Of a DNA stretch of 64,000 bases, positions 24,440-37,814 are shown one piece after another. The stretch lies in assembly GCF_009914755.1 (NCBI RefSeq), contig NC_060929.1, one strand, 5' to 3'. A program made the position numbers and the translations under genes. The notes under the pieces were generated by a model that saw only the letters and a program-made list of their open reading frames with translations, made no database searches and had not been told where the DNA came from. Numbering within the stretch: position 1 is the stretch's first letter; each line of letters begins with the position of its first letter. Origin of the DNA: the human T2T-CHM13v2.0 reference genome, Homo sapiens.

Positions 24440-24930
24440 ACAGCAGGAAAATGTTGTTGATAACCCAGAAGATATAAGCATAAAGAAAATAAAATTATCT
24501 ATAATTCCACTCCATGCAGATAATGGCCTTTACTATTTTATTGAATCTCAACTGGTTTTTAAATGTATATATACTCTTTAAAAATGGAATTAGCCATGTG
24601 TTTTCTATAGAAATCTGCTTTTTTTCCCTTCAGTACTGTTAATATTATTTCCATTTTATCAAATATACTTCTGCCATCATTTTAATGACTACAAAGTACT
24701 CTGTTACATGGATATGCCATAATTTTAAATAGTTCCCCTAATGGTTTACATTTAGAGCTTTTCTGAAGGCTAATTATCCACATAGTGATTAACTTTCTTA
24801 TTGCTAAGACTTTGCATATATCAATTATTACCTTAAGACAAATTACCAGAGGTGAAACTGCTTAGTCAAAGATTCAAAATTTCAAAGGTTTTGATAAATT
24901 GCCAAACTGACCTTCTGAAAGGCTGGCTAT
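24440..24930 (-). mobile_element. very old L1ME (L1ME3/4-like) 3' end
   Basis: taaaattatctataattccactccatgcagataa...catcattttaatgactac...ggatatgccataattt...aaattaccagaggtgaaactgcttagtcaaag. Confidence 0.65.
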
Positions 24931-26663
24931 ATGATGCTTTGTAAATTATAATTTTTCAAGGCTACATAATTTGATTTTTATTTTCCATATCTGAAAAGGC
25001 ACTATATGTACGTGTTTTGCATATATTCTATTCAGCCATGCAGTTAGACATCCTAGGCATTAATGTTCTTAAAAGCGAACATTTTTTATCCATTTTTTTT
25101 AATTTAACTCAGACTATTTCTTCTCTAGGAGTAGTATCCCTTTTAGTGCAGCATTTTTGAAGCTCAGTCATTTTGAAAAGTATTCCCCATTTATATAACT
25201 ATTATCATACTTAGCATTACAAATCAGTGGCCCTAGGCTTGCGATGGGATTCAGATGTCTGTTCACTTAGAGTCATTTTCATAATTTATTTGAAGAATTT
25301 TGCTCAATATTCATAAAGCCAAATGTTCAAATAGTTTATTTGCCAGGCTATTATGGCCTTGTCATTGTATGAGAGGCCCCTGCATCTGAGGCAGGACCAC
25401 GGCGGCGCCCCAGCTCCGTGGAGCACAATACAGGTAACGTAGCTTTGGCTCCACTCCCAAAACTACAGCACACAGATGGTGGAGAACAAAAGGCCAGCGT
25501 GGTCCACCACGTTTCAGCTGTTCTGCCAGACTCATCCAACCCTCCCGGGTCTGCTCCCTGTCCCCATCTTCACTCCCCTCCGGAGAGCACCTCTGCTGCT
25601 CTTGGGCTGACAAAAGGCCATGCTCAAAATATCCCCAAATATTGGTCCAATATGACAAAGCTGAAAGGAGAGCAATTTAATGTCACTCAGTCCCTCTCAT
25701 TAAATGTTGTCTTCACCCTCCCTCTTCGAATGTCAGAAATAAAGTCCATCTAGGTGCCAACAAATCCTTCTGATAGAGCGGTTGCTATAGCAACTTTATA
25801 GCGATGAATTCAACAGCAAACCATTCAGTCAGAAGGTGCTGGCTGGAAAGCGGCCCCGCGTGGTGCAGCACCTTCTTTTGAAACTAGATTGTTCTCTGTG
25901 ACCTGGCATCTATTTTCTATTTCTGGGTTTCAGACACAATCCTTTGTTAAGTTATTTGATTTACTGTGGAATTAAGACTCCCAGAGGGCAGAAGAAGAGG
26001 TGGGGTGGAGAATAGCTGAAAGACTGGAAAAATATGACAAATACAGAAGGAAGATTTTTTAAGAAGGAGCAGGAGGGGGAAAAAAGCTTAAATAGAATCA
26101 ATTCACTTCGAACCAGGTGCAGAAGACTAATGTGAATTCTGTGTTCTGTGAGAGGGTAAAACAAAATCAGCTCTATCCAATGTTGGGCTAGTTTAAAATA
26201 AACCTCATGCTATTATTAATATAATCCCTGCTTTGTAAGCCATGACATTTAACCAGGTAATTAAATAATAATTGAATAAGTCTGCAAAGCATAAAACCAG
26301 GCAGAAAGGCACATTCCCCTGAGGCGATTTTTATCAAATATTGACTTACTCTTCAATATTAATGATGGGGATTTAATGTTATATTTTATATTTACATACT
26401 GACTTTGTTTGAAAGACCCTTTGTAATTTATAGGTTCTTAAATTACACATGTGACTTGAATTAAAAGCACAAAAGAAAAATCCAAGGGAGGGGAATGTGC
26501 AAATTTAAGGTGTGGGGTGGGACGCAAACCTTCACTGCAGTTCTTGCAGCTGTTGGGGTCTGTCACTATCATGGTCTTCATATACTTGTTGTAAGTAACT
26601 ATTCCTACTCTGCAAAGACACTCACTCCTTGCTGGGCAGAAGTGAAGCTCTTTTTTGAGCCGA

Positions 26664-26686
26664 TTTTTTTTTTTTTTTTTTTTTTT
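26664..26686. repeat. poly(T) tract
   Basis: direct. Confidence 0.9.
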
Positions 26687-28257
26687 GGCTACCCTCTCTG
26701 GGAGCACTAGATAGAGATGAGTATTGTATCCCAAATCTAGTGGTATTGAAACATGTCTTTGTTGTTTTACTTTCATCATACTCAACCCTAAGAGAAGAAT
26801 ATGGTCAATATTCATGTAGAAACCATACTTGCATTGTTACACAGTTATATTGTAGGTTGAATATAGAAAGATATGCGTTCATAAAAAGCAAAATGCAATC
26901 TGAGAATTGGCTTTATGGAATTTAGAAGAATATTGAGTATTTTATTGTTTTTCTTAAACTGTGAGCTACATATCCTTTACACCAGTAAAATTTAAAGTTA
27001 TATACATATGCACATATTTTTTTCTTGGGAGAGCCGATTGTAAACCATTTACCAGCACACCACTAGATTTGAGAGTGCTCTCTTTGCTGAATGAATCCGA
27101 TTATGGCTTTCCAATACTGGAAGCATATTCTGCCAGTGTTTTGTGCCATCCACAATGTTAACGACTACAGACATAACTTGCTTTTAAGCTTCACTCACAT
27201 TAGAATTAAGGACGTGATGAAAAATGTTAAACAATCAACAATAAATTAAGCCCTTATTAATGTCTTATAAAATCTCTAGTCTCATCTTGGCAAGCCACCA
27301 ATAACACCACTAAACGGAGTTAAGAGGTGAGCAGTAGCACACAGTTATATAGTATTTTTGCCATGCAGATACAAAAGAAATAACCTCAAGAATATAGAGA
27401 ATAGTAAAATAATTAGAAGATGAGTTTTAAGTATTTGAGCTTTGTTCTTAGTATGACTTAACCGTTTAATTATAGTAATTACTGTGTTACAGAAATTTTC
27501 AGACGTTCTCACAGAATTTCTGAAAATTTAAAAATTGGCTTTTGGGAGGTGGTAAGAACAGGCTTTATCTCACCAGTGCACCCTGACCCTTCCTGTGTTC
27601 ACCTCTGCTGAAGCCTGTGTCCAGGGCTCTGCCAAAGCTGCTCATACTGTTGGTATCCTCTGCCACCTTGCACTCTGGTGTCCTCCACCAATAAGCACAG
27701 CAACACCTACAGGGAATCAGCCACCTACTCTGTGCCATGTACCTTGAATGCCCAGCCGGCCTTTGGGGCTGTGGCCCTGGGTAGCCTCTCAGCTGTCCTA
27801 TGCGTGAATCTCCACGTCCTGCAAAAGTGCTGCTCCCCATGCAATGTGCACCCCAGTTCTTCCCGCCCTGCCCCTTCTGCCTGATTCAAGGCCTTGCTCT
27901 ACTCTTCCTTAATTCCTTCCTACTGGCTATGTCAGCTCTGTCCTCTCAACAATCAGGGAATTGAATATAATCCCTAATTATTTTTTCTGCTTTGGCTCAG
28001 AATGGAATCTGGTGTTTTCTCAATTCCTTTCCAGGGCATCCTTTAACTTCCTTGGGGGACTTATTGTCACAGTGCAGTGTCCCTGTCCCCCCTGCCCCCT
28101 GTTTTCAATTCAGGACACACTACTTAACCACTTTCAGATGACATGATTAGAGGTAGCTGGCTCAGTTTTCTTCCAGGTATGTAATTCAGCGATATACCAA
28201 AGACTCCCTTCTCTGTGTGTGTTGCAGAGGAAGAAAAAGGCAGGAGACACTCATCCC

Positions 28258-28680
28258 TATATTAGGCCAAACTCTTTTGGTTACAAATAACTGGCTTAAG
28301 CAAAAAGACAAAAGGGATGTATTGGTTCATATTTAGGATACTCCGAAGTGAAGATGGCTTCAGGTAAAGCTGGATTCAAGGGTTCAGATGAAAATCATGT
28401 AGTGATTTGTCTTCTCTTTCTCTCGTTTTCCATCTTTCTTTTGTCTGTTGGCCTCGTTCTTTCCTCCTGCAACTGAGCTTTCCAATGGGACCAAGGAAGG
28501 TGCATAAGCAGCAACTCTAGGCTGACATGGTCTCACTCAGCAACCACAGTGGTGAGACAGCATCTATCTTTCCATGCACAGAAACCAGAGGACTTGCTCT
28601 GGCACTGCATGGGTCATGTGCCCAAGCCAGCCCAATCGCCTGTGCTCTAGTGGACCCAGGGTCTAGCAGGGGAAGAGAGT
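28258..28680 (-). mobile_element. MLT1 (MLT1K/L-like) MaLR LTR, interrupted by LTR16; probably resumes at about 29100-29190
   Basis: attaggccaaactcttttggttacaaataactggcttaagcaaaaa...ggcttcaggtaaagctggattcaagggttcagatga...tgggtcatgtgccca. Confidence 0.75.
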
Positions 28681-28684
28681 GGGT

Positions 28685-29097
28685 GGAGCAGATGCTGTCA
28701 GTACTCCAACATCATCCCCTTACTCTTTCCTGTTTTCGTGCTCACCTGCCACACATCCAAGTGTCAGCCCCATGTCTCTTTGCCTAAGGGCTCTGCTGTC
28801 TGGCCTGTTTGCAAGATTGGCCAGAAGTGCCTGGGATCAGCCCTCCACCAGGGAGTTGGTGTATAAAGACCCCAACTTTCTTGGCCCTCGTCTGGGCTAG
28901 CAATAGCCTCATGCTTTACATTGCTCCCCTGGCTTCCCCAGCAGGTTTGAGCTCCTTGCTCACAGTGGTAACCAGCTTCAAGACACAGCCTTTACTGGAT
29001 TTCTTCCTACTCCCGTCAGGTCTCCACTCTTCCCAGTGTCTGCTTGCACTCAAATCCTTGTCTCAGGGTTTGCTTCTGGGAAATCTCAAACTAGACG
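28685..29097 (+). mobile_element. LTR16-family ERVL LTR
   Basis: gcagatgctgtcagt...ctctttgcctaagggct...tataaagaccccaact...gcttgcactcaaatccttgtctcagggtttgcttctgggaaatctcaaactagac. Confidence 0.82.
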
Positions 29098-29773
29098 AGA
29101 AAGAACCCAAGTTCAGCCCCTCCAGGGCCATATGGAGTGGTGTGAGGCACTTCCCTTGAGGAAAGAAGGCACTGGGCAGAGTAAGGGAACAGAGGCCTAC
29201 AATCTCTGCAGCCATCCTTATGGTCCTGGCACCAAGGCCCTTCTCTCTCTCTCCCGCTTTCAGTTAGGGGACAGGATCCCACTTCCAAGATGCCCACAAT
29301 CACTTTTATTTTCCAGTATTCCAGGTTCCTAGACAAATGGCTTCCAATCAGTCCCCACTCTCCCCTCCCTACCACGGAAATACTGAAGCCTGGAGAGGCT
29401 GCTCCACTCACCCACGGGGGTCCTCTAGGCTCACCCATTCTTTCACTCCAATTTCGGACAAATAAATGCTTGATTTTTCAGATTTTCCAAGGGATATTTT
29501 TAGGATATATATAGGCAAAACTCATATCAAACTGCTATTTAGGAAATGTGTTTCTTAGTACTGTGCTTCCCCTCACATTGCCCTGCGACTGACTCTTTGA
29601 GATATTCCTAAACTGTTAGTAAACCAAGACTTATTGGTAAACTGAGGACAATACTCACATATTTGCCCCTCTGTGTTCTGTAACAGAACCTAGGGGGGTT
29701 TTTAGATGTTAATGTCTGCTTGTTCTTTCCAGGGATTCAAAATAATTCATTCCAGGGATTCAAAATAATTCAT

Positions 29774-30017
29774 ATTTTTATTTTTGAGACAGTCTCGCTC
29801 TGTCATCCAGGCTGGAGTGCAGTGGCGCAATCTCGGCTCACTGCAAGCTCCTGCCTCAGCCTCCTGACTAGCTGGGACTGCAGGTGCCCGCCACCATGTC
29901 TGGCTAATTTTTGTGTTTTTAGTAGAGCAGGATGGTCTCGATCTCCTGACCTCATGATCTGCCTGCCTCGGCCTCCCGAAGTGTTGGGATTACAGGCGTG
30001 AGCCACTGCGCCCAACC
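29774..30017 (-). mobile_element. AluY-like element with two internal deletions
   Basis: diagnostic ctgcaagctcc and caggatggtctcgatctcctgacctc; about 245 bp instead of about 290. Confidence 0.95.
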
Positions 30018-30814
30018 AGATTTTTTTAACATAAAAATTTTTCTATTAAAATTTTCTTTCAAGTATCATTAGCATTCATCAGAGAAAGCAAAGCCCAAAG
30101 CAAAAAATCAAAACCAGCTCAACCTATAATTTAACATTGAGAAATTTCCTCCATTTCCAGACCTCTGGCTTTTGATAGCACATGATATCCCACATTGGTT
30201 CAAAGAAATTCAGGAACTTGCTCCATACATGCGATGTTCAGAGAAACCTTCAGTCCCTTGTAGGACACAGCACTGTTCACACCTCTTAGAGGTCAGCCAT
30301 ATTACATAGGGCCACACTGTACAAAATACTAAGGGTGTGTCAGGGGGTGTGACCCTTTTCACTATATACAAGTCAATGATGTAACAGGTACTATATGTGC
30401 CTTTGGTAATATAACTTTTTAATTAGCTATATCTGCTGTCTTTGGGCAAGTTGTATTTTACATTGTGAATGTAAAAATTTAAACTTAGGTTTTAAAACAT
30501 TTACAAACATTTTTGGAAAATACTTCAAATATTTTGCATTTTTCTGTGCCTTGGAAAGAGGATGGTGAAAGCATTTTGACTTATTCAGTTTGATGTCTTG
30601 ATTTAGGGTTTTGATAAATAGCCATCATCACCACCATTATCTAAGCTATAAGAATGATGTTATCAAGCACTTTCAAAGTAGAGTTGTTTCATGTTCCCTT
30701 AAGCTGTTAGACTACTGTGCTCTGTGAGGTCCCCCTCTTTCTGCTTCCTCTCCCTCTTTTTTCTATGGTTCTCTAGCTGACTGTCCCTAAAAGCCAATGT
30801 TTTCCTTTGCTCTC

Positions 30815-30935
30815 ATTAACTAACAGCAGATAGTACTTAGCACCCACTCTGTGACCAACACTAATGTAAGTCCTGGGACTTTGGCAGTGGACAAAGAGAG
30901 CAAGTCTTTGCCCTTATGGAGTTTACATTCTGGCA
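30815..30935 (-). mobile_element. L2 3' end
   Basis: acttagcacccactctgtg...ctgggactttggcagtggacaaag...tgcccttatggagtttacattctgg. Confidence 0.8.
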
Positions 30936-33900
30936 GTTGATGCCTACTTATCTTCTTTAGCTCCTCTCTTTTCCTTGTCCTCATATTCCAAACCAATGAA
31001 ACAAGTAGAATTATGTTTACAGCATAAGCTCTGAACAAGGGCACAGGGTCTCATCCACGATTCATTTTTTATAAATTTCAGTGCATGCAGCATGTAATAT
31101 GAATTTTTAGGTACTGAGAACTCTTCAGTTCTTTCTGGTTTCTCATTAGTGTGCTGGATGGTTCAATTTGTGGGACACTAGCCTTTGGATAAGTAGTGTC
31201 ATTTAATTTGATTCACATAATACTTTGAAACAGACACTTCCCTTTCTGGCCCAATGGAAAAGACAGTGGCACGTGACATAAAAGGGTCTTATGAATTTTT
31301 GCTTAATATTCAGAAGAACTTTGTAGAATATATGATAAGAAGTGCAAATTGGGGCTGGCTTTGCTGGTGCACTCAGTTGGTTTGGCATTGAGCAGATTCC
31401 AAGGTGGAATCATAATGTCCCCAACAGCTATCTTGCAGCCCACCCCGACTATGCTTGTGCTGCAGCTTAGAGAAGAGAATCAGGCCCCAAGATCAAACTG
31501 TACTCTTTAGATTGTCCCATTTTGGGGAACAGCCTGGCAGCTGCCACCTGGTCAATCCCTCCATATTTGGCGCCTGGAACAAGGCAGCCTGCCAACCTGC
31601 CACCTGAGAGCTGTTTTTCATTGCTGACTTGGTCACTGATTTTTTTAAATTCCACTTGTTTTTCTTATATGTTCAAGTTTGGCCAAAAGGAAAAAATAGT
31701 CTTCAGTTATCCAAGTGATCATGCTGTGTACATACATAGGAAAGAAAACCTGAACTTTTTCTGGCTGCCTTACTGACTGCTGTAAATTGTCCTCCAGCAT
31801 GCACAGAGTGGAGCCAGAATTTCCAAAGAAGGACTCCAACCAGGAAAATCTGGATGTGCCTTGCTTTTCAGAGAACTGCCCTCTGCTTTTTAGGCACCCC
31901 CCTGCCAACTCCACATCCATGGAAAAAATTTGAATTATGGTTGTTTTAAAAGAGACATTGTTGACTTCAGACAGAAGCTAGACTGCAATCTAAGGACCCA
32001 GAAGTGAGCAGAACTTCTAAGAAGTGAGTCAAAAGTAAAGCAGCCCATATACCGTCAGTGACAAAGTCAAAAAATAAAAGCCTCTTAAAAATATTTTTTG
32101 AAGTCATACATGACATTCTATTTCTCCAAACCATTTACCTGTAAGTAACTTTTAAAAATCTCCCCCAAGAAAGTATGCAGTTGAATCCTACAATATGAGG
32201 AATTTGAGGCTTTAATTATGGGAAGATAAATGTAGGGAAGGGGATCATAGGATTCTATTTTCCTCCCTCAGCACCTAAGCTACTGAGAGGCACTCAACTA
32301 CTTCAGTCAAGAGGGATGCAAAGACCCCCCAAGCTAGCTTTTGAATCCATAAGACTTCTTGGTAGCGCAATATATGAAGCTTTTCCATGAGGGCTTAGGA
32401 AGAGAAAGGGACCCATGTTTCATAAACTTCTCTGCAAACACAATTAAGTTGCCAAAGACAAGCATCAGTTCTGAGTTAAGACAACAAATCTTTCATCTAG
32501 GTCTACCATACATAGCATGGCAGGAAAGGGGTCTCCTACCCAACTAACAGTTTGAGGACGGTCCAGTAGTCTTTGCACATGGGGTGCTCACCTTAAGTTC
32601 TTAGGTCCAAAGTGAGGTCAGTGAGATAGATGGGAGTCCCCGCTTGCCTTACAGGAGCACATAGGTTAGGGTGAGGTGGAAAAACTTTACTCTCAGGTTT
32701 CGAAATGTGATTTTCCTGAAGCAGGTTAAAATACAGCTTTGCTAAGTCACATTGTAATTACATAGAATACTAAAATTTACACATAAAAATTCTTATGTGA
32801 CTTGAAGTAATGTCTTATCAAGAAATTGTATTTCTATTTATGTGATTAATGAGTACTGATAGTTGTCTCAGTTTTAGTTATTGTTGCCTTTGAATATCTC
32901 GGCTTTCACTATGTTAATTGTATGTTTCATATTTCCAAGATGTTGGAACTCTTTATGGCTTCAAATACATGTTTTTCAGAAAGATACAATGCTAAAAGGT
33001 TCCTAATTGTAGAGAGAATTCATATTTAAATTTTCTTCCCCTTTGGAGTATGAATTTTGTTTCTAAGCACAAGGTAAATGCTAAAGCCTTCTTTTAAAAT
33101 TGTTTTACCCTATAGGTGCATGTCTAACTCAAATAGAATCTCTAACATGATCCCCATGTGCTGCTTATTGATTCTCTTGGCATAACCTAACAGTGATATT
33201 TCTGAAACCAAATCATTTGGCAGGAATTTGGCAATTGTTTCTACTGAGGAAGAAGTGAAGAGGGTATGTACTAAAGAATCTAATTTCTTTGAGCACTGGT
33301 TGAAGCCAAACCCAATTCTAGATCAAAGTTTTGTTTGGAATCTGTTATATAATGAGCTTTCTAGAACAGATAAATTAGATAATTATTAGAGTGATAGTGT
33401 AAATAAAGTTTTGCCAACCAAAATATCAAAACCTTTTAACCTTCCAATGCTAGAACTGAGAATTTCGGAGCTTCAGTCCCTTCCTAGCACTGAAAAAAGC
33501 AAGCGCGGAAAGCAGATTCTAGGTTGGCTTATGGACAAGAGTCTTCTGTTAAGAAACGTTATGGCACACCTCAGTTTATGACTGTATTTTCAAGGTTAGG
33601 AACCCACACATGTAAGGAAAACCTGTAATTAGTCCAGTGACTTGGTGGATTGTGGTAGATGCAATCATTGCCAGTAAGGGAGGATTGCAGACCAAGAGCA
33701 AAAGAGCTGGTCATCCATTGCTGCACCTTCTCATTCTTGCTTTCGATTTTGTAAAGTCTCCTCTGCCTCGATCACCACACCCTCCCCTCCCCACGTATAC
33801 TCAACATACACATTCACTCCATTTTTACCCATCTGTGCAAAGATGTAAAATCCAAATGCTTTAAAAAGATTAGAAAATCTCTGAAATGCATAATAAAAGT

Positions 33901-34442
33901 GCTTAGCTATATTAACAAATGAATAGGACACCTTGTGAGAAAAACACGGCTGGCATAGGACTGTCATTACATCCCTCACCATCACAATTTTGCACCTGCT
34001 CATCTGGCTCAGGCAGTACTTCTGGCAGTTGGCAACGCACTTGGGTGCAATTTGAAAGACCTACAAAAGTTCCAAGCAGCCTTCCAAACATCATGGTGCC
34101 TTTTTGATTATTCTCCCATCTATTCCTATGGTTTAAATGCAGTCTTATTTCTTTTCCCATATTGCCAAATGCTTACTTCTATCAGTCTCCATTTAAAAGT
34201 TAGACATGAATAGATTTTACAGTGTGCATAAGTGAGAAGACATTCCAGGCTGTGCAAAGAGACAGGGTTAGACAACTGAAGGGAGTAACGTATAATCCAA
34301 TGGGGCCATGACTTGAGAACAGTGTAGGAGGGTTGTTACCAACTGGTTCGTAGTGGGTCTGTTTGGATTTGAATACCACCTCCATCATTGTGGCTTTGTG
34401 ACCTTTCCATCAAAACAGGATTTGTATTAAATTCAAAAAACA

Positions 34443-35240
34443 CAGTACTGCCTACAATTTACAGGGCTCAAGCCAAAATGAAAATGTGGACTTTGCTCAA
34501 AAAACAGGAGAAAGTGTCATTAAAAAAGGTACTAAGATAGAAATTTTTTTCTTCTGCTGTTCTGAGCATGGGATACTGCTGGTGCTGGGTGACCACAGAC
34601 TCTTACACTCTCACAGGTTCCCTGAGGACCCCTCCTTGTGACTTGGTGCATGCATGTGGACCACGGGCTGCTGAGCTCTCCCTCCTGCAAGGCACTAGCT
34701 GGAGATAGGGAAACTGGGTCACGCAGCTCCTCTTCTCATGATCCTTCTGTCCAACCCATGGCAGATACGTGATCCCCTAGGGATTGCAACCTCTTGAAAG
34801 CGACTCAGTACATGGATCGGGGTGGGTAAGAAACTCTCCCCAGCAGAGCCACCTGTTGCTCATTGGTTTGCCAGTCCAGTATGGGGACAATTGCTACCAT
34901 GCCCCCAAGACACCATGGGGCACCTGTGCCTGATCCCCACCCTCCTTGTGCTAAGTCCCTCGTCAAGGGGCAGAGGGCCTCAGTGTTTGCTGTATGGGAG
35001 CTCAGAAGGAGCAGGGTTTGGTGCAGAGAAAGAGTGGGAGACTGAACGATGTTTGAGCTAAGTCTCTTAGACCCTAGTGCATGCATGCTGCTTCGTCCCA
35101 TTGGATGGCACTTTAACGCAAATTCAGATATAAAATTGGGGATTTTAAAGAAATGCGAGCATTAAACTTCAAGTGCAAGGCTCTTCTGAGGATGGATACT
35201 GCATAACTACACTGGTCACTCACCCATGAAGCCAGCCCTG
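34443..35240 (-). mobile_element. MER45 (MER45B/C-like) hAT-Tip100 DNA transposon
   Basis: minus-strand start cagggctggcttcatgggtg...cagaagagccttgcacttgaagtttaatgctc; other end ...cattttcattttggcttgagccctgtaaattgtaggcagtactg. Confidence 0.8.
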
Positions 35241-35562
35241 AAAAGGAATAATACATAAAAATCTCTTTATACAATGCCAGAGGCAGTCAGTAGTCAATAA
35301 ATACATACTGCTAGCATTGTTATTAACTAGACGATCTGCATGGAATAGAACATAACATGTTCCAGTCATGTGTATGGATGTGGATATGTTGGTGTCTGAG
35401 CAAGCAATTATAACAATCCTCAGTCCTAGGAGGGTTGTGACTCAACTTCCAAGAGGACTCTTGACCAATTCTAGAACTGTGTGTAGCCCCATGCGGACTT
35501 AGCAACAAGTCAACTGAGGTACCAGCAATTGCTTTGGCATGACTTGGAAATGCCAAAGAAGC

Positions 35563-35581
35563 CACACACACACACACACAC
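35563..35581. repeat. (CA)n microsatellite
   Basis: direct. Confidence 0.85.
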
Positions 35582-36382
35582 GTATATGTTAGGTAGAGAA
35601 AAGTGAGTTTTTCCAAGTCAGCAGCTAAAGGCAGTTCCAGCTCAGCTCACCATTAAAAAAACAGTGATAGGAAGAAGATCTAGTAAATCATGGGATTGCG
35701 CAAAGCCTTTTCTATCTCATCTCGTTCATGTCTGCAACTTTTCTTCTGTGTTGCTAGGCAAATTGACTTTGAATTGCCAGTCTCCAAGACAAACATCCTT
35801 TGGGTAAAGAATCATCTTGGGAGTAAATGTCAAAATTTGCTGGAAGCTAAGTGAGCCCAGGTGAGGTGCCAGCTATGCACCAAAGCCCCTAACTTCGAGG
35901 GCCTGCTTTGGAGGAGTCATGTTTTCCATAAGCCCGTGAAAATGAGTTTACACACTTTCTAAGCACAACTCCTTAGATGCTGTCTAAACAATGTTCACTT
36001 TAAAAGCTTGATCACTCCTTGCTACACGCAGACACACACCATCACAACTATTCTGGTTCTGTTTGCACAGGCTTTTTAAATATTTGGCCCAGGAAACCTA
36101 GGGTATCAAGTGATTGCCTCAGTTTGACAGAAGGATCTTTCACATCCAGAAGTCAGGATAGGCATAAAAGAAGCTGCCAGAGAAGAAAACCTTGAAACAT
36201 CAGGAATTTCCCTTTGAAAATACATAGGAAAGGGTATCTAATGGGAGGGAAGGCCTATTGTTTCCCCACTGAATGATTCATTAAAAATAACTGTCCCTAT
36301 AAACACTCTTCAGAGAGCTGACTTTTTCATGCTTAAGTTCAGTTAAAATTTCCCTTATGACTAAGAGGTCAAAAATATTCTA

Positions 36383-36669
36383 GGCCAGGCACGGTGGCTC
36401 ATATGCCTGTAATCTCAGAACTTCGGGAGGCTGAGGCAGGCAGATCACAAGGTGAGGAGATGGAGACCATCCTGGCTAACACGGTGAAACCCCGTATCTA
36501 CTAAAAATACCAAAAAAAATAGCCAGGCTTGGTGGCACATGCCTGTAGTCCCAGCTACTGGGAGGCTGAGGCAAGAGAATCACTTGAATCAGGGAGGCGG
36601 AGGTTGCAGTGAGCCAAGATGATGCCTGGGAGACAGAGGGAGACTCCATCTCAAAAAAAAAAAAAAAAA
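36383..36669 (+). mobile_element. Alu (AluSc-like)
   Basis: dimeric Alu with A tail; TSD-like aaaaa(t/g)attct on both sides; 14-nt deletion in right arm. Confidence 0.96.
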
Positions 36670-36737
36670 GATTCTGGTCTGCAAATGCAAAAGGTTGCAC
36701 ACAAGTAATTCTGTAGTTTTCTGAACTGAATAACTAA

Positions 36738-36925
36738 CCACCATAACTATAGTTGAGTGATATCTGCTATATGTCAGGTACTGTCTTAAGTCCTTTATAG
36801 GAATTAATCCACAATCTCATAACCAGACACGGAAGTTATTATAGCTTTGAGTAACTCGCCCAAGGTAATGTCGTAGCAAAGATTTGAGCCCTCCAGTCTG
36901 TCTTAGAGTACACAACTATGAGGCT
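36738..36925 (-). mobile_element. MIR SINE
   Basis: ctatatgtcaggtactgtcttaagt...gagtaactcgcccaaggt...gatttgagccctccagtctgtcttagag. Confidence 0.8.
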
Positions 36926-36984
36926 TAAGTTTAAGTCAATGATAGTGAAAGGGTTTCATTTAAAGACTCAGCCTAAAGGAGGTA

Positions 36985-37806
<822 letters not shown>

Positions 37807-37814
37807 CATTCAAA

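Noticed and set aside
29720-30015. ORFs with typical Alu-derived peptides (also 36476, 37727, 40235, 51045, 58449, 61804)
   Set aside because: Translations of Alu sequence
36203-36212. NF-kB consensus GGGAAATTCC on minus
   Set aside because: Single 10-mer with no supporting cluster; chance occurrence plausible in 64 kb
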